64,000 nucleotides of DNA, from NCBI RefSeq assembly GCF_009914755.1, contig NC_060926.1; one strand, 5' to 3'. Under the pieces are notes generated by a model. It had not been told where the DNA came from. It was given only the letters and a program-made list of their open reading frames with translations, and searched no databases. Shown one piece after another: positions 1 through 14,635 of the stretch (positions are counted from its first letter, which is position 1; each line of letters begins with the position of its first letter). The position numbers and the translations under genes are program-made. Origin of the DNA: the human T2T-CHM13v2.0 reference genome, Homo sapiens.

Positions 1-928
1 TATATATATATATGTTATGTTATGCTACACACACACAACTGCTAATGAGTGTTCTCTCTCCCCTTTTCTTGTCCCTCTGCTCTCTAGGACAGCAGTAGCT
101 TCATATGTATCTCTATCTGCCCTAAGTCTCCTCTCTTGGGCATCACAAACAGAGTTACCCTTCCATGAACCATTTGTTGCTTTAAAATTATACCTCAGAT
201 GCAGTCATGGTCCTAGCAGAAAGTAGATGGTACATTCAAAATGGTTAAAATAAAAATAATTATGGAGAAACTATTGACCAAGTGGGTTAAGATGGTTGAT
301 GAGTGCCCAGGAACTAGCAATAGAGAGAGCCAATGCCATTCCAGGCAAGAGTGAAAGTGGCACCAGATTCCGGTGAGAGCTAGAGCTTTAGAAGACCCAA
401 CCGAGAGGTTTAACTAAAGAGGAATGCAGCTGCTTTTTTAAGCTAGGAAGTGAGGTGTGGTCGGGGAGACTCTCCAATTTTCTGCTAATGCCTGTCTTGG
501 GCTGCATTCAAAGCCAACAGATGAAGGACCCCAAGTTTCTCAATCCCTGGAAAGTGGACTTGAAAGTCTTTCCCTCTACTTGTCCATTATTCCACTTCTA
601 ACCTACATTTTAATACTCCCAACACTCTCTTCCCTGGTCTGCATTCCTTGGAGTCCAGTGCTCCTGCTAGTAGCCCTTCTTCCAGGGCTCCAGCATTTGT
701 TGGGCTCTGGGAATGTTTTTTCCAGGTTGGCAGTTGTGAAGGGCTGGTGGGAACTGGGGAAAATAACAATGTGTCTCATCTTATCTCTAAAAACATCTCT
801 TTTTCTTTGTTTAAAAAGCAAAACACATGTGTCTAAAATATTTTACAGAGATGAACAAAAATCTTTATGATAAAAGATTCTATTTAATACCCTAACCCTT
901 AATACAGTGCCTAGTATATGGTAGTGTA

Positions 929-3180
929 TGATATGGTTTGGCTGTGTCCCCACTCAAATCTCATCTTGAATTGTAACTCCCACAATTCCCATATGTCGTA
1001 GGAGGAACCTGGTGGGAGGTAATTGAATCATGGTGGCGAGTCTTTCCTGTGTTGTTCTCATGATAGTGCATAAGTCTCATCAGATATGATGGCTTTAAAA
1101 ATGGGATTTTGCTGACACAGCTCTCTTTTTGCCTGCTGCCATCCATGTGAGATGTGACTTGCTCCTCGTTGCCTTCTGCCATGATTGTGAAGCCTCCCCA
1201 GCCATTTGGAACTGTAAGTTCAATAAACCTCTTTCTTTTGTAAATTGTCATGTCTCAGGTATGTCATTATCAGCAGCTTGAAAATGGACTACTCAGTAAA
1301 TTGGTACTGGGAGTGGGGCACTGCTAAAAAGATTCCCAAAAATGTGGAAGCCACTTTGGAACTGGGTAACAGGCAGAGGTTGGAACAATTTGGAGGGCTC
1401 AGAAGAAGAAAGGAAAATGTGGGAAAGTTTGGAACTCCCTAGAGACTTGTTGAATGGCTTTGACCAAAATGCTGATAATGATATGAACAACGAAATCCAG
1501 GCTGAGGTGATCTCAGATGGAGATGAATAACTTGTTGGGAACTGGAGCAAAGGTGACTCTTGTTATATTTTAGCAAAGAGACTGGTGGCATTTTGTCCCT
1601 GCCCTAGACATTTGTGGAACTTTGAACTTGAGAGAGATGATTTAGGGTATGTGGTGGAAGAAATTTCTAAGTGGCAAAGCATTCAAGGGGTGACTTGGGT
1701 GCTATTAAAGGCATTCAATTTTAAAAGGGAAACAGAGCATAAAAGTTTGGAAAATTTGCAGCCTGACAATGCAATAGAAAAGAAAATCCCATTTTCTGAG
1801 GAGAAAGTCAAGCTAGCTGCAGAAATTTGCATAAGCAATGAGGATCTGAATGTTAATCCCCAAGACAATGAAGAAAATGTCTCCAGGGCATTCAGAGGCC
1901 TTCATAGCAGCTCCTCCCATCACAAGCCTGGAGGCCTAGGATGAAAATGTGGTTTCATGGGCCAGGCCCAGGGTTCCCATGCTGTATGCAGCCTAGGGAC
2001 TTTGTGCCCTTTGCCTCAGCCATTCCAGCTATGGCTGAAAGGGGCCAACATAGTGCATGGGTCATAGCTTCAGAGGGTGCAAGCCTCAAGCCTTGGCAGC
2101 TCCCACGTGGTGTTGAGCCGGCAAGTGCACAGAAGTCAAAAACTGGGGTTTGAGAACCTCTGCCTAGATTTCAGAAGATGTATGGAAACGCCTGGATGCC
2201 CAGCAAAAGTTTGCTGCAGGGGTGGGGCCCTCATGGAGAACCTCTGTTAAGGCAGTATGGAAGGGAAATGTGGGGTCAGAGCCCCCACACAGATTCCCTA
2301 CTAGTGTACCACTTGGTGGAGCTATGAGAAGAGGGTCACCATCCTCCAGACCCCAGAATGGTAGATCCACTGACAGCTTGCACTGTGTTCCTGGAAAAGC
2401 CACACTCAATGCCAGCCTGTGAAAGCAACTAGGAGGGAGTCTGTACCCTGCAAAGCAACAGGTGTGGAGCTTCCCAAGACCATGGGAACCCACCTCTTGC
2501 ATCAACGTGACCTGGATGTGAGACATGGAGTCAAAGATCATTTTGGAGCTTAAAGATTTGACTGCCCTGCTGGATTTCAGACTTGCACAGGGCCTGTAGT
2601 TCCTCTGTTTTGGCCAATTTCTCCCATTTTGAATGGCTGTATTTGCCCAATGCCTGTACTCCCATTGTATCTAGGAGATAACTAACTTGCTATTGATTTT
2701 ATAGCCTCATAGGCAGAAGGGACTTGCCTTGAGACTTTGGATTGTGGACTTTTCAGTTGATGCTGAAATGAGTTAAGACTTTGGAGGACTGTTGGGAAGG
2801 CAAGATTGGTTTTGAAATGTGAGGACATGAGATTTGGGAGGGGCCAGGAGTGGAATGATATGGTTTGGCTGTGTCCCCACTGAAATCTCATCTTGAATTG
2901 TAACTCCCACCATTCCCATGTGTCATGGGAGGAACCCAGTGGGAGGTAATTGAATCATGTGGGTGGGTTTTTCCTGTGCTGTTCTCATGATAGTGAATAA
3001 GTCTCACAAGATCTGATGGCTTTAAAAATGGGAGTTTGCCTGCAAAAACTCTCTTTTTGCCTGCTGCCATCCATGTGAGATGTGACTTGCTCCTCCTTGC
3101 CTCCAGCATGATTGTGAGGCCTCCCCAGCCACGTGGAACTATGAGTTCAAGAAACTTGTTTTTCTTTTGTAAATTGCCCA
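929..3180 (+). mobile_element. THE1 (THE1B-like) MaLR provirus: 5' LTR 929-1295, internal region 1296-2855, 3' LTR 2856-3180 lacking its last ~45 bp
   Basis: Both LTRs begin TGATATGGTTTGGCTGTGTCCCCAC. The internal region starts GTAAATTGGTACT and a polypurine tract (GGGAGGGGCCAGGAGTGGAA) precedes the 3' LTR. 5-bp TSD GTGTA at 924-928 and 3181-3185. ORFs 1342-1530 and 1585-1944 are fragments of the THE1 internal ORF. Confidence 0.95.
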
Positions 3181-3181
3181 G

Positions 3182-3476
3182 TGTATTAGTTCATTTTCAT
3201 GCTGCTGATAAAGACATACCTGAGACTGGGTAATCATGGCAGAAGATGAAAGGCACATCTTACATGGCAGCAGGCAAGAGAGAATGAGAGCCAAGTGAAA
3301 GGGGAAACCCCTTATAAAACCATCTCGTGAGACTTATACACCACCACAAGAACAGTATGGGGAAAACTGCTCCCATGATTCAGTTATCTCTCACCAGGTC
3401 CCTCCCACAACACATGGGAATTATGGGAGCTACAATTCAAGATGAGATTTGAGTGGGGCACAGCCAAATCATAGCA
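3182..3476 (-). mobile_element. Solo THE1 LTR (THE1C-like) in inverted orientation, with an internal deletion
   Basis: The reverse complement reads TGCTATGATTTGGCTGTGCCCCACTCAAATCTCATCTTGAATTG...GAACTAATACA. TSD GGTAG at 920-924 and 3477-3481 encloses this LTR and the nested provirus. Confidence 0.9.
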
Positions 3477-3552
3477 GGTAGAGACTCAGGAATAAACATA
3501 TGGATATTCAAGCAGTACTATTTTTAGATAAATTCTAAGAATAATTTTAGAA

Positions 3553-3790
3553 TAATAATAATTGTTGTTAATTTTATTGAGGACTTAATATATTTTGGGA
3601 CCTTCAAACCTCACAACAGTCTCATAAAATAGTTGCTATTACCATGTTATCTTCATGAATTTATAAATGAGGCAACTGAGGCTCAGAGTAGTTGAGCATC
3701 TTGGCCAAGATCACACAGTAACGAGGTGACTAAGTGTGATTCTGAAACCAGCAGTGTATCTCCAAAGTACCTAATCTTACCATAAGGCCA
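3553..3790 (-). mobile_element. MIR SINE
   Basis: Core motif GAGGCAACTGAGGCTCAGAG...CTTGGCCAAGATCACACAG. Confidence 0.75.
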
Positions 3791-4445
3791 TACTAAAACT
3801 CTCCACAATATCACATTATTAAAATTATGGTGGAAAGTCTCTGCAATTCGAGTTCACAGGCAAACAAACAGAAGACAATAGTCTTTCTTTACTGCTAAGG
3901 ATTACATCGCATTAAGCTCATATAAGGACATAATGGGGGAGAGACATTTCTACATGTAGCTGACCGAAGATAGTTTTTAGGTGTATGATCAGTCTGTAGC
4001 CTGGATTCTTGTCAAACATGTTAGGGGGCAGCATGTGGCAGGGTGGGAGGGAGGCAAATGGAGATCTTCCTTCTTACTTGTCTCAGATTCTTCAATCTTC
4101 CATAGCAAGTGAAAGAATATAACTATGTTTGGACGTACTCTCACCAAGTTAACAAATACACTAAACACATGAGTAGTGAGGGGAGAAGCATGCCTCAATC
4201 TGGCAAAGCTTCAATCTCCAGAAGTCTAAATTTGTTAGAAATGAAAAAGCTAGCAAAGCAGAACTGCTGATCGTGAACACTTAACAGTAAGCTTCCTTTG
4301 GTGGAAGCTTCATGTTGCAAACATCGTATTTAATTAGGTGTTTTTTTCTCAGCTCATTTTCTAAAAACAAGTGCTTTTCGGCTCTGCTTGATGTTTGTGA
4401 AGACACGGACTGCACAAAACCAGGATACTTTCAGAATTTTAAAAC

Positions 4446-4610
4446 CTTGCTTCTGAAAGTGTGGCCACATACTGGCAGCATCCCCACTTCTTGGGAGCTT
4501 GTTGAAAATGTGGACTCTTTGGCTCCACCCAGACCTTCTAAATAAGAAAGTGCATTTTAACAAGATTTCTCCAGGTGATTCTGTGCACATTGGTGTTTGA
4601 GAAGCCCTGG
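4446..4610. mobile_element. MER5A-type hAT-Charlie DNA transposon relic
   Basis: TGCTTCTGAAAGTGTGG...GGAGCTTGTTGAAAATG...CCAGGTGATTCTG...TTTGAGAAGCCCTG. Confidence 0.75.
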
Positions 4611-4966
4611 CTGTCACATCTGGCCTCAGCTCTTAAAGCCTACTCACTTCCTTCTGCACCTTGAACATGTAAATCAGCCATTCTGCCCTGCTCACCACTC
4701 CCCGGGTGTTCCCATTCCCCTTTGCAGCCCTGCTTGTACATACTATTTAGATACACCAAGCAAACCCAATCTACTCTTCTAAGTCACATTTCTAATGTCA
4801 ATTGACTTGAGTGGCTCTTGAAGTAAAAATTAACTTTCCAGTTTCTCTTCCCTCAGGCCCAGTCTGCAGTGGCAATCGCTGTTAATTTTTTTTTTAATCT
4901 TCTTTAAAATTCTTGTGTATATCCAAGCATCTGAAATATACGTGTTTTACATTTTTCTTTTTTTTA

Positions 4967-5560
<594 letters not shown>

Positions 5561-6286
5561 TAGAATCTAGGCTGTCTTAAACTTATCTAGGAATTTCTCT
5601 TAGGCATTTATGAGTAGACACAAAGAGGGTGGAGGAGAAAGAGGAGGTGCATTCTAAGAAGAGGAGATACATGTAGGATATATGTAAAGTTGGGTCTGTG
5701 GAAGTGGCTAGAGTCTGGAGAGGTAGGCAGACAGCCAGATCAGAAGGGCCTGGCACACCTGCTAAAGAGGGAAAACTGGAACCGCATTCCCAAGGAATCC
5801 ATGAAAATATCGTGTTGAGAAGATAAAACGAAATAGTTTGCTTTTTATTTCCACAAGTTTGGAGGAGCCATCTGTTTCTTGTCAGGGCATTGACTGATAA
5901 TAGTTGTGTCTTTATAATTGGGTTGTTTTCTCCTAAAACTCAATTTAGACAAAGTAAGTGTCAGTGTGGGAGGGTTGGCTAATTGTTAGGAAGCAACATT
6001 TGGTAAATCTGGAGGCCAAACCCAAAACTTTTATATTTTTATATTCCTGGTTGTGCTTACTACTATAAAGTTAATTATAATGCTTTTACTAGAAGCTGTA
6101 CATTTGAAATCAAAACACTCTATCACTGCTACTTTCCCTTCTCCCAGCATGAGGTAACAATAATATTCTTTAGGAAATTTCATATGGAAGGTTGACACCT
6201 GTTGTACTTTCCTTACCTCTCTGAATAAAATAATTCCAACAGAACACTGACAACTTTTAGAAATCCAATTTCACTGTTTCACTTGC

Positions 6287-7045
<759 letters not shown>

Positions 7046-8386
7046 AGAACTCAGCATTTTTATCAAACAAATTCCAGATCCTAAGACATGTGTGACTAAG
7101 GATGTATTTTGGGGTAAATGAGGAAAACAAAAATGTTGAGACCTTTACTTATCTTCAATAATCAATGCATCTCCAAAATGGCGCTATTAAATCTAATCAT
7201 CTTGGATTTGGTTGATATTTGGATGGTCATATTGCCGAGCTAAACTCCTTTACCTAGAATATTATAATTAGAAAAAAGTCTGAGGAATCATCTAATTCAG
7301 GCTCTCAGTTGACAAAGAATTTACCTTACTTTGGTAAAAATTTGTTTGGCTTTATGTGGAGATTTCTCAAAAAACTTTGAATAATTATTTTCTGAAATAA
7401 TATTCTAAATTGGAAATTGGAATAAAAGATCATTCACGTTCATCTTGAGTATTCACTTTAAGACTAAAGAGGGAAGTGACTTTGTGATCCAGGTTTGTGA
7501 CATTGTATTTTAAAGGAGGAATTTATATTTGATCTTGGGAACAATTTTTCACATTCAAAGTCTGAAAACATCTCTGTATCAAACCCAAAGAGATTTTCTC
7601 AAGTGAAATAAAGTGAAACAAAGAAAGTAGCATTAGCAGTTCCGAGTTGCAGACAGTTCTTTTTAAAATTTGTTTTTTGGTTCTTCCAGGCCTCATTTGC
7701 AAGTTGCTACTTAATTAACTAGGGTGGTTAATGTTAGGTAAAGTCCAAAATGTAAAGGAACTACATAGCAATAACAATATTTCAGTATTTCTTCAATAAA
7801 AGTTACTGACACTCTCTATATGTCAAGCACTGGAGGGTGCCAGTGAAAAGAGATGGTCTGTTGCTATGTTCTGCATTTTCGTTGGTGAAAACAGAGAAGT
7901 TGGCTGGGTCATAAGTGTAGTACTTCTGGTAAAGCTCAAGTATAGGGAAATTTAATTCAATCTCATGTTTGAATTATTCCCTCTTAAGGGGGTAATAATC
8001 CTATTCCCATGGAGTTTTTTGAGGGCACTAAGTGATAGAACACATGTGACTATGACTAGTATAATAAATGATGTATTAAAATCATTCTATAATACATATA
8101 CCGGAAAATTAATTAAGCATATGATACGAATAAATGTATGATAAGTCAGGTAAAATGCATTAATCCTAGGAATAAAACAAAGCACTGGTAATCTCTCTGA
8201 AGGTCTTAGAGCAGGAAGACTCTTGAGACAGGTCTTTATAAAAAATCACTTAGAAATTATACTTACCAATGTGTTCAAACTACATGAACTATTGAGTTTT
8301 GCTTTGTAGGATAGTGGAACGAGAAGTGAATTTGGCATTTGGAGACCTTGAGCCTTTAGTTTCTCACTGCAAAATGACAGAGATAA

Positions 8387-8714
<328 letters not shown>

Positions 8715-8721
8715 TAAGTAA

Positions 8722-8903
8722 TTTTTTTTTTTTTTTTTGGGGGGAGGACAGAGTCTCGCTCTGTCGTCCAGGCTGGAGTGCAGTGGTGCGATCTCAGGAT
8801 TTCACTGTGTTAGCCAGGATGGTCTCGATCTCCTGACCTCGTGATCTGCCCGCTTCGGCCTCCCCAAGTGCTGGGATTACAGGCATGAGCCACCACTCCC
8901 GGC
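8722..8903 (-). mobile_element. AluY/Sc-like element with a ~120-bp internal deletion
   Basis: Poly-T and the start of the right arm, then a jump to TTTCACTGTGTTAGCCAGGATGG and the left arm. Confidence 0.88.
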
Positions 8904-9096
8904 AGGGATCATGTTTTTAAAATTACTTGAAAATACATATATAGTCATTCAAGTATGAGGTATTATTATTTTAACAGAAATATAGCTACCTATATCTTAT
9001 ATTAGGTTCCTTAATCCACATATATCTCAGAATAGCACCTAATTTGAATTGTAGAATAGTATATTGAAAAGAATCTTTAACTGTTGGAGAAAAATT

Positions 9097-9140
9097 TGTG
9101 TGTGTGTGTGTGTGTGTGTAGGCGCACATGCATGTGTGTG
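9097..9140. repeat. (TG)n microsatellite
   Basis: Read directly from the sequence. Confidence 0.95.
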
Positions 9141-10012
9141 AGGCTTGTCTACTTCTATCGCACATATCAGGTCGAGAAAATGTCTGTACTAAATTGCCAA
9201 GTGGTTTAGGTAAAAATTCATGGAAAGGTATAATTTAAAATTCTGAGACTCTAGCTTGTAACATTTGTAATTTTAAGGCTAAAGACATGAAAATGAACTT
9301 AAATTCAATATTCCTTCCAACAGCCTATGATTTTATAACTTTATGATTATACCATATGACCCCAACTGCCTTCTATGTATGGTGAATGGTTCTAAATTGA
9401 AGGCCCTTTATCTTCTAAACTCTTTGATGAGTTTGGGCATCTACGTCTGGATATAAGAGCTGTGGAGAGATGGACTACTTTCCATACTAAGAAGAGAAAA
9501 ATTTGGAGTGTTCAGATCTCTCAGGGAGGGGATGAGGAGCAGAGATGGGATGGGGAAGGGAGAAAATGTGGGTAGAAGCCCACATCTTTAATAAAATTTA
9601 TTAAATTGAAAAGGTGATTGGTGTAGGTAAGTCTCTGTTAAAAACTAGGGACAGACAGACACTGGGTCACTTGACAGAGTGGTTAGGTGTAGTATACATG
9701 AAACCACGATGCCAGGACACAGAGGATGATGTAAGACTAAGTCCCTGATAAGTTGCAGAAGGTTTTGGACTTCCACTGACTGTGGTATTGGTAGATACCT
9801 GAGCAAGATATCTGCCAACAGATATCTACCAATAGATCGTCACCTAGATCTTCAAGGGTGCAAACAGGTCCCACCTTATACCTGAGTTATACAAGTAAAA
9901 CATGTCTTCATTTATTTATAAGTTTTAACCTACCTACTTCCAAAAGGATAAATGATATATTTTTTGTATTATTTATTATGATGGAACTTTTCATAGCGGA
10001 GCTAATCTAGGT

Positions 10013-10225
10013 CAGTGGTTCTCAAATGAGGAGGAGGTCAGTTTTGCCTTTGGTAGACAGGTATCAATGTCTGGAAATATCTTTGGTCATCACAACTGAG
10101 GGTTTCTATGGACACTTTGTGGGTAGAGGCAAGGACCCTGCTCAAAATTCCACAATGTCCGGGACAGACCCCACAGCGAAGAATATCTGACCCAAATGTC
10201 AATAGTACTGGGTTGAGAAACCCTG
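10013..10225. mobile_element. MER20 hAT-Charlie DNA transposon
   Basis: TIRs CAGTGGTTCTCAA ... TTGAGAAACCCTG; internal GGGTAGAGGCAAGGA...CCACAATG...GACAG typical of MER20. Confidence 0.85.
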
Positions 10226-10578
10226 ATGTAAGCCAACCTCTCATCTTAATAAATGAGAAGCTGAACATCAAAGAGGGTCAGTGATATGTGCCAAATCACA
10301 CAGTGAACAAACAGATAAGTCCTCTAGTATTTTTCCCATTACAGTATTTAACTTCTAAGAGCTAAAGTTCTAAAATGGAACTGTTGGAAAATAGACCTTC
10401 TTATGGACATATTTAGACTTAAGGTATACTCAATAATTGCATAAATCTTTAAAACATAGTACTGCTTACAGTAGGATATCTAGGCAAAGATGAACATAGA
10501 AAATTTAATGACAATATGTATTTAACTATATACAGTAAAAACCATTTTTATAATATTTAACCAAATTACTTCCCAGCA

Positions 10579-10772
10579 CAGTGGTTCTCAGACTTCAGCA
10601 TGCCTCACAGTCACCTGGAGGAAAGGCTTATACAAACACAGATTGCCAGGACCCATCCCTAGAGCTTTCTGACTCAGTAAGTCTGTCATGAGGCCCGAAA
10701 ACATGCATTCCTAGCAAGTTCCCAGGTAGTACTGATGTTGCTGGTTAGGAGACCCCACTTTGAAAACCACTG
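10579..10772. mobile_element. MER5A hAT-Charlie DNA transposon
   Basis: TIRs CAGTGGTTCTCA ... TGAAAACCACTG; degenerate 8-bp TSD TCCCAGCA/TCCTAGAA. Confidence 0.88.
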
Positions 10773-12619
10773 TCCTAGAATTTAGTAGGTACTTAGTAAA
10801 TTTTGGCTTAATATTGTAAATATTCAAACAATATAATCTCACCAAAAAATGTAATCTCACTTTAACATAGATTAGTTAATAATGTTAATTCCCATTTAGA
10901 GGAATACAAAGATATATGTGGTAGGATCAAAACTAATTTAAACCTCATTTAATTCAAATTCCCCATTTTAAAATGAAAAAATTAATATATTTTAAGCTTA
11001 TTACAACAAAGAAGAATCCCTTTCAGCAATAGCCAAAAGAAACAATATTAAATGCAAATCAATTATAGACAATTTGAATACTGACATTGTTATCTGAAAG
11101 ATATATAAACTCAAAGATTCTAAGTACAATTAAGTATGTATCCATCATTTTTTAACTTATGAGGAATAGTCTGAATGCCAGACTGAGTAAAACCTGGTCT
11201 GATGGGGCTCTTATCTCAAGCTATGTCTAGGGAAAATGCCTATTGACTTCAGTAATATAAAATCAGGCCCCGAGGGACCATAATTGTCTCTTTAAATTAT
11301 TTGGGAAATCATGTACATGTTTAATCAACTAAATACAGCATACAATTGTAAGTGGTATATTTTCATCATAAATAATCAATGTGCTGCTGTTAATATGGTT
11401 AATAGAATGAAAAGTACCTTCAGGGGAATTTATTTTACGATCACTCATTTTCATTCCTTTAATTTAATTTTTAAAATGCAAGAAATTTTAGATACTTTAA
11501 AACTACCTGTTTACCTAGAAAGTATGTGCTAAGTAACCTGCCTAATGCCAGTCATCACTGAGAGACACCAAAACAAATGATTGATAGTTAACTTTCCATT
11601 TTGCTCTTTGAGATCACGTAGACAGTTTATGCAGACTTTACTTTCCTAACTCATGTCATCCTGTCCAAGGTACTGAACTTCACTTGCCAAGGACACACAG
11701 GAAGATAAACCCTCTCAAATGTGCTACATTTGTCTTCAACTTTTTAAGTATCCATCTATTTTTTAGATTAGATGCCATCTGTTGTATTATCATATCTGGT
11801 TAAATCTTATTAAAATTCCTGGCCAATATATCACTCTGCTGCGGCAATCTTACCCTGCTACCTCTCTAGGCTTTTCTGCAGCATTCAATAAAGAGCCTGC
11901 TATTTTAACTAATTGCTGAGGCAGGACACAGTGTGAGAGTCTAAAACAGAATCAGCGCTATATTGTTTCTACTTTTACCCATAGAGTGAACAACTGTTCA
12001 TATCAAACCTGGAATCATCCCTTCAAGTCTCCTAAACACAGCACAGTTTGAGCCAATGCAGTTAATCCACCCTCCTTCAGTGCTAGTGTCGAATGGCGCT
12101 TTTGCTGCAGTATTCACCTTGAAACTAAGTAGGCAGGATTCATTATTTGTTGAAGTCACCTAACTGCCAGTTTATTCTTATACGATCACAAACAATCACA
12201 ACAGAAGACAAATACAGGCATATATATAACTCACTTACAAGGGAAGCAAATTTGCAGCCAGAGACAAGGGCAACGTAACAGCCAAGAACTGCAGTAAATC
12301 TCTTTGAGCTAATAGCCACCTCTAATAATGCTCTCCTACAACACCTCCAATCAAATAAATTGTATTCAGAGTTTAAATATCAAATCAACATTCATTCCTT
12401 GATGGTTACAGATGATGTCCGATAAGCAAATTTGAATTTATGATTTATTTACTCCTTAAGTGTCTCAAAGCCAGGATTACTGGAAGACTTACTATGCTTA
12501 TTCAAGCATGCTGACAGAACTGTAATCTCAGTAATTTCTCCCTGCACCTCTCAGCATGACTGACAGGCATCTGCCAAGACTGTAGTACATAAACTGCTGA
12601 AACATGCAAAAATATTTAC

Positions 12620-12750
12620 CCCCAAAAGATGTAGTAAAAGCTCAGCTTCCTCCAGCTTCCATAACCCCTGAAGTGTTAATCTGGAGGAACAGTTCCATGA
12701 GTTTCCACAGGCCAGCAGTGTGTCTCCTACACTTGACCTAGACAGCCTTA
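12620..12750 (-). other. SCN1A: Probable SCN1A distal 5' non-coding first exon (exon 1a); TSS position approximate
   Basis: The minus strand reads ...AAGTGTAGGAGACACACTGCTGGCCTGTGGAAACTCATGGAACTGTTCCTCCAG...CATCTTTTGGGG|GTAAAT (donor at 12619), which matches my recollection of an SCN1A 5'UTR. It lies ~46 kb beyond the SCN9A 3' end, the expected gene order, inside a repeat-free island. A second donor-like GTAAGT lies at 12492-12487. Confidence 0.65.
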
Positions 12751-13400
12751 CATAACGAAGCACCAGTGCTGGGGAGCTCTCTGAATGTCATCACCAGCAA
12801 GAGCAAGAAGTATTGGCAGCAGCAGGCAGCCAGGCAGGCTGGGAGTTTGCATGGAAATCATGAAGTCTTTCTTGTCTTCCTCTTTTGAAATATTTTGGAA
12901 GGCGAGTTAAGAATAGCTCAGAAACTGGTCTCATTCTTTTTGTGGGAAGAATGACCAGAAGCATAAAAGCTAAGTCTTCCAGCAAGTGCAAGACACCTCT
13001 TTTGGTGTTTGCAGTAAACCTAACAAGAATGAATTGCTATCAGTAAAGTCCTGTACCATGACACCTAAAAGGAAGGAAATGGTAAAGCAAAGTAATAACT
13101 CAAAGACAGTCACCGAGGGCTTTTGTCCACCTTTAACTCATTGTGGTGAGTAGAGGGAAATATGTATATATGTAATGAGATTATTATTGGGGGTGTGAGT
13201 TGTTTTGCAGGATGGTAACTAAAGGATTTGTAAAGAGTGTTTATGTTCCTTAAAGATCTTGTTTGTGAGCAAGGTAATAGGATATCAAATTCAGAACGTG
13301 GTGGGTTAAACTGGTTGTATTTAATGTATTTCAACTTCTGAAAATCTTATGCAACTAATAAGAAAGCAGATCTCTGCCTATGGTGGGTTGCCGATAAATG
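12750..13400 (-). promoter_or_regulatory. SCN1A: Probable SCN1A distal promoter (1a) region
   Basis: Repeat-free sequence immediately upstream (minus strand) of the candidate exon 1a; CpG-poor. Inferred from locus knowledge, not from motifs. Confidence 0.5.
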
Positions 13401-14529
13401 TCAGATGTGTTAATTAATTACTTCTATTGTCTATACTGAAAAATAAGATCTTAATTTTAGCTTTCAGATTTTGCATATAATCAATCTTTTAGACTCTGAA
13501 AATAATTTCTTATAATGGAGCAAGAGGATTGCTGTGCTTTTGAGATAATCTGTGTTAGACTTACTCCTAGATATCTGGGGGATAATGTGAACAGCAAATT
13601 TAAAACAATGTACACTCCATCTAATTTTCTTTCAATTATCCCAAATGTGTGCAATGCAAGTTATGCTTTTAAAAGCTAGAAATAATAAAACCAGTCTTCT
13701 ATTCTGATTTTGAGTATGGTGATATAGTATTATTAATAAAGGATGACATTATATTGTTTAATTATATATAAAATTGTGGTTTGATATGAGTTGTTGGCTA
13801 ATATGTATAATTCCTGAGGTAACAGAAATAGAGAAGGAACCACACATCATTTAAAAATAATCTTAATGTTCTGCTCTTAGCTGGGAAACCTATCTGCTAA
13901 TGCATCACACTAAGTAGAGTGAGGAAATAAGAGAATTTAGATCTATGAGGGAACACAGTGATCTAATTCCAACCCATTACTTAACTCATAAGGAAACTGA
14001 GGTAGAAAGAAGTTAGATGATATGCCTGACATAGAGGAAGAGGTGAGTGAAAAATGGTTTTCCTGACACTAACTTGTTATTTTGTCAGCTATACTGCAAT
14101 GAATAATTGTCTTTTGATACTGGAGTAAAGGCTTGATGTACAGTGATTTTTTTGTATCATACAAATGACAGAAAAAAAAAGTGGAGTAGTACTAAATATC
14201 TGCTTTTAGCAGTAGTCTGATTTTGGAAAAACAAGTTCTGTACTGATTGGAATGAGAAACTTTCTTCAGTTATTTCTCACAACAGTAATGAACACATTGG
14301 TGCAACATTTAATTAAATATTCAATGATGAATTTGTGTTCTGAACATTAAGCTATGTACACCAATTTGTTGGCTCAGATCCTTTTATTTTATTGATGTTG
14401 ATTATGGTGCTAGGCTTCTCTATCCCTTGGAGAGCTAATGTATGTGAAACAAACAACCCTCAGGAAGCAAAGAACTGGAAAATAGAATGTTTTTAAAAAA
14501 TATTCTGTCTTATTCTTTTCAAATAAACT

Positions 14530-14635
14530 AAGCCTTTTGTAATCAGGTGTGTGTTTTTCATTCTTGCATCCCTGCCCCTAGCACAATGCTTTCTGGGCCT
14601 CCAATAAGTGTTTGCTGAATGAATCAATGGAGGGA
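14530..14635 (+). mobile_element. L2 3' end fragment
   Basis: CCTAGCACAATGC...CAATAAGTGTTTGCTGAATGAAT. Confidence 0.65.

Noticed and set aside
457-870. 137-aa hydrophobic ORF
   Set aside because: Non-ATG start, no recognisable domain and no supporting splice structure; consistent with chance.
961-3233. Many ORFs in the THE1 element, including similar peptides at 961-1251 and 2888-3109
   Set aside because: Explained by the two LTR copies and the broken THE1 internal ORF.
12551-12991. Short minus-strand ORFs over the candidate SCN1A exon 1a
   Set aside because: The first runs through the splice donor, and neither resembles a known protein; there is no coding evidence.
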